NCBI GenBank assembly: GCA_965205485.1
Contig: OZ242180.1
Span: 4,000,001 to 4,064,000 of the forward strand
DNA length: 64,000 nucleotides
From: Candidatus Latescibacterota bacterium
GTDB taxonomy: Bacteria; Latescibacterota; UBA2968; GCA-2709665
Direction: 5' to 3'
Part shown: piece by piece, positions 1-9,361 of the stretch
Numbering within the stretch: position 1 is the stretch's first letter
Layout: each line of letters begins with the position of its first letter
Notes under the pieces: generated by a model
Database searches by the model: none
What the model saw: the letters and a program-made list of their open reading frames with translations, nothing else
What the model was told of the DNA's origin: nothing
Made by a program: the position numbers and the translations under genes

Positions 1-111
1 AACCTCGCGCAAGAGCCAGGTTTTCGCGGGGCCCGAGACGACCTGAGAGCGCAACTCGCCGGCTGGATGCGGGAAACCGGCGATTTTCTGCGTCCTGCCT
101 GGCCGGCATGA
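1..111 (+). CDS. 3' end of a probable sulfatase (partial, begins before the window)
   Basis: Frame 1 reads NLAQEPGFRGARDDLRAQLAGWMRETGDFLRPAWPA* with TGA at 109-111. NLA..P...L...L..WM.ETGD is a typical sulfatase C-terminus. Not in the ORF track. Confidence 0.6.
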   Translation, partial: NLAQEPGFRGARDDLRAQLAGWMRETGDFLRPAWPA

Positions 112-129
112 CGCAAGGGAGAAACCGGG

Positions 130-1377
130 ATGGCGAAGAATCGGACATTGCCTCCGGAGAGTCCCGTGCGAAGTCTGCACGCCGGGGCTTCCGTACTGGA
201 CGATGAGGAGGTGCAGGAGGTTCTGGCGGTCATTAAGAGTCGATCGCTTTCAAGGGATTACGGTCCCGACCGACTGGACATGGTGGCGCGTTTTGAACAG
301 GGCTTTGCCCGGAAGATGGATTCCGCCTACGCGCTTGCAGTGACTTCCGGAACGGCCGCAATCAAGGTCGCCCTGGTTGCCGCGGGGGTCGGCCCGGGCG
401 ACGAGGTGATCATGCCGCCGGTCACGTTTGTGGCCACGCCGGGGGCCGTCGTCCTGCTCGGAGGCGTGCCGATCTTTTCCGAAGTCGATGGTTCGATGAC
501 GATGGACCCGGATGATATCGAAGCCAGAATCACGCCCCGGACGAAGGCCATACTGCCGGTACACCTGTGGGGGACGCCCTGCAGGATGGATGGCATTATG
601 GAGGTCGCCGCGAAGCATGGACTGAATGTGGTCGAAGACTGCTCCCAGAGCGCCGGCGCTTCGTACAATGGCAGAGCCATCGGGACGTGGGGCGATCTGG
701 GTGCGTTCAGCCTGCAGTTCGGCAAGATTATCACGTCCGGTGAGGGCGGTGTGGTGTTGTCCGACAATGCGGAACTCTACGAACGCGCCGTACGCTACCA
801 CGACCAGGGGCTTTTTCGGGAAAAGACCCGGTTTCCGGGCTTCGAGCCGTCCCTGGAACCCTTCGTGGGCGAGAATTACCGCATGCCCGAGATGTCCGGG
901 GCGGTCGCGCTCACGCAACTTCAGAAGATGGATGACGTCGTCGAGTCGCTGCGTGGCAAGTTCCGGCGATTCAAGGATGGCATCGCCGGCGCGCCCGGTG
1001 TGAAAATCAGGCCGACGAACGACGAAGACGGCCACCTCGGGGTACACTGGGATCTCATCTTCGAGGATCGAGACACCTGCTCACGGTTTGCAAAGGCGAT
1101 GCGCGCTCGAGGGTTTTCGGCCGGTTTGGGATACGGCGGAAAGCCGGTCTATATGGGGCCGCCCATCCGGAACCAGGCCACGGCTTCGCCCCACTCGAAT
1201 CCCTGGAATTCTCCGGTGTACGACGGCGATGTCTCGTACGGCCCCGGACTGTGCCCCCGCACCGAAGACCTGCTTCAGCGGGTACTCCTGCTGGCCACCG
1301 TCAATCCGTGGTTTCCCAACGAAAGAATCGACGCCCTCGCCGCGGCGGTTCGTGACTCCGCAGTGGAGGTATTCTGA
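130..1377 (+). CDS. DegT/DnrJ/EryC1/StrS family PLP-dependent aminotransferase
   Basis: Motifs SGTAA, GVGPGDEVI, VEDCSQS, FSLQFGKIITSGEGG (PLP lysine) and GENYRM. Confidence 0.92.
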   Translation: MAKNRTLPPESPVRSLHAGASVLDDEEVQEVLAVIKSRSLSRDYGPDRLDMVARFEQGFARKMDSAYALAVTSGTAAIKVALVAAGVGPGDEVIMPPVTFVATPGAVVLLGGVPIFSEVDGSMTMDPDDIEARITPRTKAILPVHLWGTPCRMDGIMEVAAKHGLNVVEDCSQSAGASYNGRAIGTWGDLGAFSLQFGKIITSGEGGVVLSDNAELYERAVRYHDQGLFREKTRFPGFEPSLEPFVGENYRMPEMSGAVALTQLQKMDDVVESLRGKFRRFKDGIAGAPGVKIRPTNDEDGHLGVHWDLIFEDRDTCSRFAKAMRARGFSAGLGYGGKPVYMGPPIRNQATASPHSNPWNSPVYDGDVSYGPGLCPRTEDLLQRVLLLATVNPWFPNERIDALAAAVRDSAVEVF

Positions 1378-1421
1378 ATGGGCCGGCAGGCGATCTCACA
1401 TTGCGGACCCGGGGTAGCGAC

Positions 1422-2366
1422 ATGAAAATCCTGCTGCGCGTGGCGTTGACGGATCGCCACAGGGAAGAGATTGCGTCTGCGGTCGAAGGCGTGCAATTGC
1501 TGATGCCGGAGTCCGAAGCCGAATTGCTGGAAATCATGCCGCAGGTGGATGTGGTTTTTGGCGGCCTGAGCGCGGAGATGTTCCGGCGGGGAGAGCGCTT
1601 GCGTTGGGTACAGACCTGGGGCGCCGGCGTTGACGGGCAGTTGTTCAAGTCGTTTGTTGACAGTAACGTCGTATTGACAAGCGGTCGAGGAACCGTCGGC
1701 GTGCATCTGGCCGAACACGCCATGGCACTGTTGCTGGGACTCACACGGGGTATCGCATGGGCCGTACGGAAGCCCGGGTGGGACCAGCGTATGCCGATCC
1801 GGAACGCGAGCTGGGAACTTGTTGGACTGACGATGGGAATCGTGGGTCTGGGAGGGACGGGCCGGGAACTCGCTAAAAGAGCCGGCGCGTTCGGCATGCG
1901 GGTCGTCGCGGTGGACCCGGAAGACGTGGATGTGCCCGTCTGCGTGGCGTCCTGCTGGAAGATGGACCGGTTTCACGACCTTCTGGCGTTGTCCGACGTG
2001 GTGTCCGTATGCGCGCCACTGACGCCCGATACACGGGGACTGTTCGACGAACGCGCCTTCCGCTCCATGAATTCCGGCGCGCTGCTGATCAATGTCACGC
2101 GAGGCGGAATCATGGACGAAGACGCGCTGGTCGACGCGCTGGCGCGAGGACGGATCGCCGGGGCGGGACTGGACGTCGTACCGGTTGAGCCGCTCCCGCC
2201 GGACCATCCATTGTGGAAAATGGAAAACGTCCTGATCACCCCGCACACGGCCGGAGGGTCGCCGAACAGGCAGGACCGCATTGTGAACCTGTTCTGCGAA
2301 AACCTGAAGCGGCTGGAGGCCGGTCAGCCGCTGTTGAGCGTGATCGACAAGAAAAAGGGATATTGA
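1422..2366 (+). CDS. D-2-hydroxyacid dehydrogenase family protein
   Basis: GIVGLGGTG NAD motif, INVTRG, GAGLDV, LITPHTAG. ATG at 1422 preferred over TTG at 1401. Confidence 0.92.
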   Translation: MKILLRVALTDRHREEIASAVEGVQLLMPESEAELLEIMPQVDVVFGGLSAEMFRRGERLRWVQTWGAGVDGQLFKSFVDSNVVLTSGRGTVGVHLAEHAMALLLGLTRGIAWAVRKPGWDQRMPIRNASWELVGLTMGIVGLGGTGRELAKRAGAFGMRVVAVDPEDVDVPVCVASCWKMDRFHDLLALSDVVSVCAPLTPDTRGLFDERAFRSMNSGALLINVTRGGIMDEDALVDALARGRIAGAGLDVVPVEPLPPDHPLWKMENVLITPHTAGGSPNRQDRIVNLFCENLKRLEAGQPLLSVIDKKKGY

Positions 2367-2369
2367 ACG

Positions 2370-3437
2370 GTGCGGGCCTTTTTTTTCTGGGAAGCCGCGG
2401 CCGGAGGCCTGGGGCTGCAGGACAGGTGCAATCCCTACGGGCCCCTGCTTGCTCGCGCCCTGGCACGGCTCGGCATCCACCTCGAGCTTGGCGATTACGC
2501 GTTCAGGCGGGACTGGCTTCAAGACGCGCGATGCGACTACGACGTATTGCACCTGAACTGGCTTCACTGGTTCTACCGGGACGACACCCTTGAGAAATCG
2601 GTTTCCCGGCTCAACTGCTTCGCAGACAATCTGCACTATGCCAGGGAGTTGGGGTACCGGATTGTCTGGACGTTGCACAACAGGTACCCGCACGAACGAC
2701 CGTTCCCGGACCTGGATCATATGGCGCGGTTGATCGTTGGGAGTCTGGCCGACGGCGTGATTGCGCACTGCAACTACGGCGCCGGACTTGCCCGCAGACT
2801 TTTCTATCGTACCGATCGGGTACATGTCATTCCGCACGGCCACTACATCGACATCTTCCCCAACGAGATCTCCGGAGACGCGGCACGGCGCAGGCTGCAG
2901 TTGCCGGCGAACGCGTTTGTCTATCTGTTCTTTGGAAATGCCAGGGTATACAAGGGCATCGAAGAGCTGATCCGTACCTATCGTGAATGTGCGGCCCCCG
3001 ACACGCGGCTGGCTATAATGACCCGAAGGGCTTTCGATGGAAGTCACGCCGACCGGGTTATTGCGCTGGCGGAAGAGGACGAACGCATTCGCGTGTTCAC
3101 GCACGCCTTTTTCCCTAATGAGGATTTTCAGATCTATCTGAATGCCGCGGACGTCGTCGTGCTGCCGTTCTCACAGGTTCTGACATCCGGATCCGCAATC
3201 GCCGCACTTTCGTTCGGGAAACCGGTTATCCTGCCGGCGATGGGATGTCTTCCGGAACTGGTCGATGACTCGATGGGCATATTGTACGACCCGAAGGACA
3301 GCGGGGCGCTGTCAAACGCGCTGCTCGACATCAGACGGCGCGACCTCGATGCGGCGGGCCGCGCCGCGATGGAGCGTGCCAGGTCGCTCGACTGGCGCGG
3401 GATCGCGGCGCGGGTCGCCGAAGTCTATCGGTCATAG
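2370..3437 (+). CDS. Glycosyltransferase family 4 (GT-B)
   Basis: WTLHN, HVIPHG, YKGIEEL, ADVVVLPF...TSGS..ALSFGKPVI. Confidence 0.88.
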   Translation: MRAFFFWEAAAGGLGLQDRCNPYGPLLARALARLGIHLELGDYAFRRDWLQDARCDYDVLHLNWLHWFYRDDTLEKSVSRLNCFADNLHYARELGYRIVWTLHNRYPHERPFPDLDHMARLIVGSLADGVIAHCNYGAGLARRLFYRTDRVHVIPHGHYIDIFPNEISGDAARRRLQLPANAFVYLFFGNARVYKGIEELIRTYRECAAPDTRLAIMTRRAFDGSHADRVIALAEEDERIRVFTHAFFPNEDFQIYLNAADVVVLPFSQVLTSGSAIAALSFGKPVILPAMGCLPELVDDSMGILYDPKDSGALSNALLDIRRRDLDAAGRAAMERARSLDWRGIAARVAEVYRS

Positions 3438-3446
3438 GCAGGCGTA

Positions 3447-4544
3447 ATGATCATTACCGGCGTCGATCTGACCGCCGTCAGCGTGAATCACCGCGGAGAC
3501 TGGGTTTTTGTCTACGTCAATACCGACGAGGGCCTGCGCGGCCTCGGGGAATTGCGCGCGGGAAGGAACTACGCCGGCCGGATACGGGCTACGAAGGCTC
3601 TCGCCGAATGGCTGCCGGGCCGGGATCCCCGCCGGATTCGGGATTTCCTGAACCGGTTTACGCGAACCGGCTGCGACAGAGATACCTTCGGCGCCGTCAG
3701 CGCACTGGAACAGGCGCTTTGGGATATTCTCGGAAAGTCGCTCGACGTTCCCGTCTACACACTTCTGGGAGGACCCGTCCGCGACGACGTCCGTCTCTAT
3801 GCCAACATCAACAGGGCATCGGAGGATCGCAGCCCCGAAAACTTCGCGTCCCTGGCCGCCCGGGCGGTCGGAGAGGGATTCGATGCGGTCAAGCTGGCGC
3901 CCTTTGACGAGATGCATCGCAATATAGACTCGGCTGCGGATGCCGTGCCGGGCATCGCCAGGGTACAGGCGGTCCGTCGGGCGGTCGGATCGGATGTGGA
4001 TCTGCTGGTTGACTGCCACAGCCGCTTTACCGTCAGGGGCGCCCTGGAAACCGCCGCGGCGCTTCGTGAACTTGATGTCTATTGGTTCGAGCAGCCTGTC
4101 TCCGAAGCTCAACTGAACGCCGTCGTTGAGGTGAACCGGCGTTGCGGGCTGCAAACGGCCGGCGGCGAAGGGCGAGTGACGGGAAGCGAGTTCCGGGAGG
4201 TGCTGGAGAATGCGGCGATGGACGTGATCATGCCGGACGTGACGGTTGTGGGCGGTATCGCGAATCTGAAGTCGATCGCTGAGATGGCGGAGACGTTCGG
4301 CGTTCCCACGGCGCCGCACGGTCCGTTCGGGCCGGTTGCCGTAAGCGCCGGTATGCACGTCATGGTCACCCACCCCGGCTTCATGATTCTGGAATATGGA
4401 TGGGGCGAGATCCCGTGGCGAAGGGAGTTGACCCTTTCGTCGGAAGAAATCGTCAACGGCCGCATCCGGCCCGGCCGGCGACCCGGTCTCGGGGTGGAAC
4501 TGAACCCTGACGTGCTGAAAGCGCACGCCGTGACGTTGAATTGA
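3447..4544 (+). CDS. Mandelate racemase/galactonate dehydratase-like enolase-superfamily enzyme
   Basis: ALWDILGKSLDVPVYTLLGG, DCH, WFEQP, GE metal ligands, APH, PGLGVELN. Confidence 0.9.
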   Translation: MIITGVDLTAVSVNHRGDWVFVYVNTDEGLRGLGELRAGRNYAGRIRATKALAEWLPGRDPRRIRDFLNRFTRTGCDRDTFGAVSALEQALWDILGKSLDVPVYTLLGGPVRDDVRLYANINRASEDRSPENFASLAARAVGEGFDAVKLAPFDEMHRNIDSAADAVPGIARVQAVRRAVGSDVDLLVDCHSRFTVRGALETAAALRELDVYWFEQPVSEAQLNAVVEVNRRCGLQTAGGEGRVTGSEFREVLENAAMDVIMPDVTVVGGIANLKSIAEMAETFGVPTAPHGPFGPVAVSAGMHVMVTHPGFMILEYGWGEIPWRRELTLSSEEIVNGRIRPGRRPGLGVELNPDVLKAHAVTLN

Positions 4545-4547
4545 TCA

Positions 4548-5426
4548 GTGGAGGAACGCATGTTCAAGTCTCTGGCGCCGGGCGCCGTTGGTGTCAAAGC
4601 GACGCTGGCGGAAGGGCTTGAATTCGCGCGGGCCGCGGGATTTCAGGGTCTGGACGTACACATTCGAGAGGTAGCGCATTGTGTGCGAGAGAAAGGCGCT
4701 GGCCACGTCACGGGGATGTTCCGCGATGCGGGTTTGAAGATCGGCGCATGGGGATTGCCGGTCTCCTGGAACGGTCCCCTCGAGGACTATGAGCGGGATC
4801 TGCGCGCCTTGTCCGGGTTGGCCGCCGCCGCCGCGTCCGTGGGCGCTTTCAGGGTCTCGCAGTGGATTGCTCCGGCTTCCGACGAACGGCCCTTCCGAGA
4901 GCAGTTCCGATGGTGCCTGGACCGTTTGCGCCCGGTTTGCGAGGTGTTGAAGGCCCACGGCTGCAGCCTCGGGCTGGAATTCATCGGGCCGAAGACGCAG
5001 CGTCTCGACAGACGGTACGGTTTTATACATTCCATGGGCGGGATGCTCGGATTCTGCGAGGCTCTGGGGACCGGCAACGCGGGTCTGTTGCTGGACTGCT
5101 GGCACTGGTATACCTCGCTGGGAACGCTCGCGGATATCAGGGCGCTCGCGTCGCGCGACGTCATCCACGTCCATGTTAATGACGCGCCTCCGGGAGTGGG
5201 CGTGGAAGAACAGATCGATAACGTACGCGCGCTGCCCTCGGAGACCGGCGTGATCGACCTGGCAGGGTTCCTGAGCGCGTTGAACGAGATTGGGTACGCC
5301 GGGCCAGTAACGCCGGAGCCCTTCAGCCGGACGGTCCGGGGGCTTCCGGCCGGCGAAGCCGTACGCGTGACCCATCGTGGACTGGACGAAGCATGGCGTG
5401 CGGCGGGATTGAGTTCACGCGACTGA
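4548..5426 (+). CDS. Sugar phosphate isomerase/epimerase (xylose-isomerase-like TIM barrel)
   Basis: Metal-binding pattern GLEFIG, LLDCWH, HVHVND, R.LP.ETGVID, TPEPF. Confidence 0.85.
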   Translation: MEERMFKSLAPGAVGVKATLAEGLEFARAAGFQGLDVHIREVAHCVREKGAGHVTGMFRDAGLKIGAWGLPVSWNGPLEDYERDLRALSGLAAAAASVGAFRVSQWIAPASDERPFREQFRWCLDRLRPVCEVLKAHGCSLGLEFIGPKTQRLDRRYGFIHSMGGMLGFCEALGTGNAGLLLDCWHWYTSLGTLADIRALASRDVIHVHVNDAPPGVGVEEQIDNVRALPSETGVIDLAGFLSALNEIGYAGPVTPEPFSRTVRGLPAGEAVRVTHRGLDEAWRAAGLSSRD

Positions 5427-5495
5427 CCCGCCGGCGTTGTGATGGGGCCCGGCCGGCGAAGAGCATGAGATCACGACAAGACACTGGGGAATCCC

Positions 5496-6071
5496 ATGGA
5501 GTCCATCGAAACCTTCGCCGCGAGATACATCCGTGAAAGCGAAAGGCTCCTGGCCTCGTTGAATCCCGCGGACATCGCGTCCGTCATAGCGCTTATGCGG
5601 AAAGCCAGGGATTCCGGAAGGCGGATTTTCGCCATAGGAAACGGAGGTAGCGCCAGTACGGCCTCTCACTTCGTGAACGATTTGGGAAAGGGGGCGTCGC
5701 TGGGCAGGGAGATCCGCTTCAAGGTGATTCCGCTGACCGACAACGTCGAGTGGATGACGGCATTGAGCAACGACCTGAGTTACGAGGACGTGTTTGTCGA
5801 GCAGCTGAAAAACTTCGCGGAACGTGGGGACGTATTGCTGGCTATCAGCGGGAGCGGGAATTCAGAAAACGTCCTGCGGGCCGTGCGCTTTGCAAATGGG
5901 AGGGGCTGCCATACGGTCGGTTTTGCCGGATTCGGCGGCGGAAAGCTGAAGGATCTGGTGCGTCGCTGCATCGTGGTGGATTCGGACCACATGGGGAGGG
6001 TTGAGGACATCCACCTGGTTCTGCAGCACATCGTCTGTTACTATTTTATGGATGCGGAACGGTCGAGATGA
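5496..6071 (+). CDS. SIS-domain protein, phosphoheptose isomerase (GmhA)-like
   Basis: GNGGSASTASHF, ALSND, ISGSGNSENV, EDIH. Confidence 0.88.
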   Translation: MESIETFAARYIRESERLLASLNPADIASVIALMRKARDSGRRIFAIGNGGSASTASHFVNDLGKGASLGREIRFKVIPLTDNVEWMTALSNDLSYEDVFVEQLKNFAERGDVLLAISGSGNSENVLRAVRFANGRGCHTVGFAGFGGGKLKDLVRRCIVVDSDHMGRVEDIHLVLQHIVCYYFMDAERSR

Positions 6072-7126
6072 GCTCGACCCGCTCGGCCATGATCGCTGTT
6101 CTTCCCCTGATGTGCGGATTGAACCTGGAACTTGGATATTATTGGCACCTTGTTCGCGGCCAGGCGCGATTGCTCTGGAACCGGCGGCCCGTCTCGAATA
6201 TGCTTGCGAACCGGCGCCTGGATCCGGGGGTCCGGGAACGGCTCGAATTCATCCAGGAGGTGCGACGGTTCGCGGAATTTCGGATCGGACTTTCCCAATC
6301 CCGCAATTACACTTCGTACATCGATATCGGTGAAGGACCGGTTTCGTGGCAGCTGACCGCGTCGCCACGGGACCGGATCGAGCCCGTTCAATGGACGTAC
6401 CCGGTAGTGGGACGGTTTCCCTACCGGGGTTATTTTGATCTGGACCGGGCGAAGAGGGATCGGTATCGACTGGAAGCGCAGGATTTCGATACGTTATTGC
6501 GCCCCGTCGGCGCTTACAGCACGCTGGGCTGGTTTGAGGATCCAATCCTGAGTACGATGCTGCGCTATCGTGAAGGCGACCTGGCCGAACTCGTCATCCA
6601 CGAGTTGGCGCACGCGACGGTATGGATTCCGGGCCGGGTCTCCTTCAATGAGAGCCTGGCGACCTTTGTGGGAGAGGCCGGCGCCTTGCTGTTCATGCGG
6701 GAGCGTCACGGACCGGAGGCAGCGGTCGTGACGGACATGCTGGACAGACGGTCCGACGAACGGACGTTCAAGCGATTCATGCGCGACGTCGCGGAAGAGC
6801 TCCAGGCGCTTTACGGGTCGGAACGCTCGTACGGTGAGAAGCTGAAGGAGCGAGAGATCATCTTCGAACGGGCGAAGCGCCGCTTTCACCGGCTGGATCT
6901 GAAGACCGGCGCGTATTCCCGCTTTCCCCGGCGGCGATTGAACAACGCCGTGATGATGGCCTATCGAACCTACCACGAAAAGGTCGACGTCTTCGAAAAC
7001 GTGTACCGGGCGGTCGGCGGGGATCTCGAGGCAGCCGTCCGGATCTTCAGGGAATGCGAGTCTCAGACGGACCCCTCACGATATCTGGAAGATTGGCTGC
7101 AGAAAAACATCGGACGGCAACGGTAA
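6068..7126 (+). CDS. Putative zinc aminopeptidase
   Basis: PYRGYF, AYSTLGWFEDP, HELAH...FNESLATFV zincin signature. Confidence 0.85.
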   Translation: MSSTRSAMIAVLPLMCGLNLELGYYWHLVRGQARLLWNRRPVSNMLANRRLDPGVRERLEFIQEVRRFAEFRIGLSQSRNYTSYIDIGEGPVSWQLTASPRDRIEPVQWTYPVVGRFPYRGYFDLDRAKRDRYRLEAQDFDTLLRPVGAYSTLGWFEDPILSTMLRYREGDLAELVIHELAHATVWIPGRVSFNESLATFVGEAGALLFMRERHGPEAAVVTDMLDRRSDERTFKRFMRDVAEELQALYGSERSYGEKLKEREIIFERAKRRFHRLDLKTGAYSRFPRRRLNNAVMMAYRTYHEKVDVFENVYRAVGGDLEAAVRIFRECESQTDPSRYLEDWLQKNIGRQR

Positions 7127-7192
7127 GCCGCCTGCTTCCGTCCCGCGGATCGAACCTGGGGATTCGTCATTTGCGCACGGATCGCGTACGAA

Positions 7193-7510
7193 ATGCCGGA
7201 ATTTGAGCGCGCGTTTCGAAAGATCTATCGGGTGGTCGCGAGGATTCCCGAAGGGACCGTGGCCACGTACGGCCAGATCGCAGGGATTGCGGGGGTGGGT
7301 CCGAGGCAGGTGGGGCAGGCGCTCAAGGCATTGCCGGCAGGCACGCGGTGCCCGTGGCATCGGGTGATTAACGCGCGCGGGACCGTGTCCATTCGCACCG
7401 GTGCCGCGAAGGCGCACCTGGTCCAGGAACGGCTCCTCGAGGCCGAAGGTGTAACTTTCGTAAACGGTAAAGTCGACCTGGACATATATCGGTGGCACGC
7501 CGACCTTTAG
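7193..7510 (+). CDS. Alkyltransferase-like (ATL/YbaZ, MGMT family) DNA-damage protein
   Basis: IPEG.VATYGQIA and PWHRV, with Trp in place of the catalytic Cys of PCHRV. Confidence 0.9.
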   Translation: MPEFERAFRKIYRVVARIPEGTVATYGQIAGIAGVGPRQVGQALKALPAGTRCPWHRVINARGTVSIRTGAAKAHLVQERLLEAEGVTFVNGKVDLDIYRWHADL

Positions 7511-7548
7511 CAGCCCGTCTGTCGTTTCATGAGAAACAGGATTGGCCG

Positions 7549-9321
7549 ATGACGCTCAATCCCTTCAGACCCTTCTGGACGCATCTGAAACCCTACAGGA
7601 ACCGTATCCTTGCGGGTCTGCTGCTGCTGTCGATCGGTCAGCTGGCGTCAAGCGCGATTCCCCTTGCATTAAGGGAGGCGGTCGATCTGGTAAAGGAAGG
7701 GCTGGATGACGGAGTCGACCTCCTCGGGGGTGGCATCGGCGAGCAGGTTGTATTCTGGGTACTGTTGATCGTCGGTCTTGCACTCGCCCAGATGGGTCTG
7801 GAAATGGGGATGCGCTGGTGCCTGAACAGCGTCTCGCGATTCGTCGAGTATGATATTCGACGGGACTATTTCAAGGCTTTGTTGAGGCTGTCTCTGAGCT
7901 ACTTCCATCGGACGCCGACGGGAGATCTGATCTCCCGGGCGACCAACGACATGAACGCCGTCCGGATGTTTCTCGGATTCGGCGTACGCATGTTATTTGG
8001 CGCGGTTCTGGGTCTTTCCCTCAGCATGCTGGTGATGTGCTGGATCGACTGGAAGCTGGCGATTCTCGCGGTGGTGCCGATGCCCGTGATGGCCCTGGTC
8101 ATGAACCGGTTGGCCGGCAGGGTCCATCACGGATTTCGGTCCGTTCAGGAACAGTTTTCGCGAATCAGCGCCCGCGTCCAGGAGAACCTGTCCGGCATCC
8201 GGGTGGTCAAGGCATTCGCCCAGGGCCGCGCGGAGATGGATGCGTTCGACGAACTGAGCCGCGACTACCTGGTGAAGAACCGCAGTCTGATACGTATTCA
8301 GAGTCTTCTTTTTCCGTTGACCTTTCTGATCAGCGGCGCGTCGCTGGCGGTCATTCTGTGGATCGGTGGGGCACACGTGATCGCCGGGCGCCTGACCCTC
8401 GGCGATTTCGTGGCATTCAACGCCTATCTGACCAAGCTTATCTTTCCGATGATTACCCTGGGTTGGATGATCGACCGGTACCAGCGAGGACTGGCGTCCA
8501 TGAAGCGTATTGAGGAGATCCTTGCGGCAACGCCCGAAATTCAGGATTCGGCGCAGACCAGGGCTGTCGAAACGCTCGATGGTGAGATCGAGTTCCGAAA
8601 TCTGACCTTTTCGTACAACGGCGTCCCGGTGCTGAAAGACATCGACCTGCATATACCCAGGGGCAGCACCCTGGCACTCGTTGGACGCGTGGGTTCCGGA
8701 AAAACCACGCTGGCTCGACTGATTCCGAGGCTGATCCAGGCGCCTGCGGGCGCCGTGCTGATCGACGGCATTCCGGTGGAAGAGATCCCCCTGGCCACAC
8801 TTCGCGCCTGCATCGGTTTTGTTCCGCAGGATACCTTCCTCTTCTCGGACTCGCTTCGGGAGAATATCTGCCTCGGGAGCGACGAGGCGACCGAGACCGA
8901 TGTACGTCGGGCGGGCGAGGTTGCCGGCCTTTCGGGCGATCTTGCGGGTTTCCCTGACGGGATCGAAACCGTAATAGGAGAACGCGGCGTCACGCTTTCG
9001 GGAGGCCAGAAGCAGCGTACGGCGTTGGCCCGGGCGGTGATCCGTCGGCCTGAGATTCTCATCCTGGATGATGCCCTCGCCAGCGTCGATACCCAGACCG
9101 AAGAGAGGATATTGAATCGCCTCCGTGACACGATGAAGTCCAGTACCACGATATTGATTGCCCACCGCATTTCAACCGTTCAGCATGCGGATCAGATCGT
9201 GGTACTGGATGCAGGGGCCATTGCCGAACGCGGCACCCACGACGCCCTGATCAGCCACGGCGGAATCTATGCCGCCATGCACCGCCGACAGCAGTTGACC
9301 CGAGAACTGGATGAGATCTGA
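7549..9321 (+). CDS. ABC exporter fused permease/ATPase, subunit with degenerate Walker B
   Basis: Multi-TM N-terminus, GRVGSGKT, LSGGQ, ILILDD (Asp in place of the catalytic Glu). ATG at 7549. Confidence 0.92.
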   Translation: MTLNPFRPFWTHLKPYRNRILAGLLLLSIGQLASSAIPLALREAVDLVKEGLDDGVDLLGGGIGEQVVFWVLLIVGLALAQMGLEMGMRWCLNSVSRFVEYDIRRDYFKALLRLSLSYFHRTPTGDLISRATNDMNAVRMFLGFGVRMLFGAVLGLSLSMLVMCWIDWKLAILAVVPMPVMALVMNRLAGRVHHGFRSVQEQFSRISARVQENLSGIRVVKAFAQGRAEMDAFDELSRDYLVKNRSLIRIQSLLFPLTFLISGASLAVILWIGGAHVIAGRLTLGDFVAFNAYLTKLIFPMITLGWMIDRYQRGLASMKRIEEILAATPEIQDSAQTRAVETLDGEIEFRNLTFSYNGVPVLKDIDLHIPRGSTLALVGRVGSGKTTLARLIPRLIQAPAGAVLIDGIPVEEIPLATLRACIGFVPQDTFLFSDSLRENICLGSDEATETDVRRAGEVAGLSGDLAGFPDGIETVIGERGVTLSGGQKQRTALARAVIRRPEILILDDALASVDTQTEERILNRLRDTMKSSTTILIAHRISTVQHADQIVVLDAGAIAERGTHDALISHGGIYAAMHRRQQLTRELDEI

Positions 9322-9361
9322 ACCGTCTCGTTCCACCCCAGTTCTTGTACGATAGACCTGA

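Noticed and set aside
1275..3104. Long antisense ORFs (also 21152-22636, 23164-24492, 52089-53582, 17829-18992, 38814-40070)
   Set aside because: These are shadow or off-frame ORFs typical of high-GC coding DNA, overlapping well-supported genes and lacking recognisable motifs.
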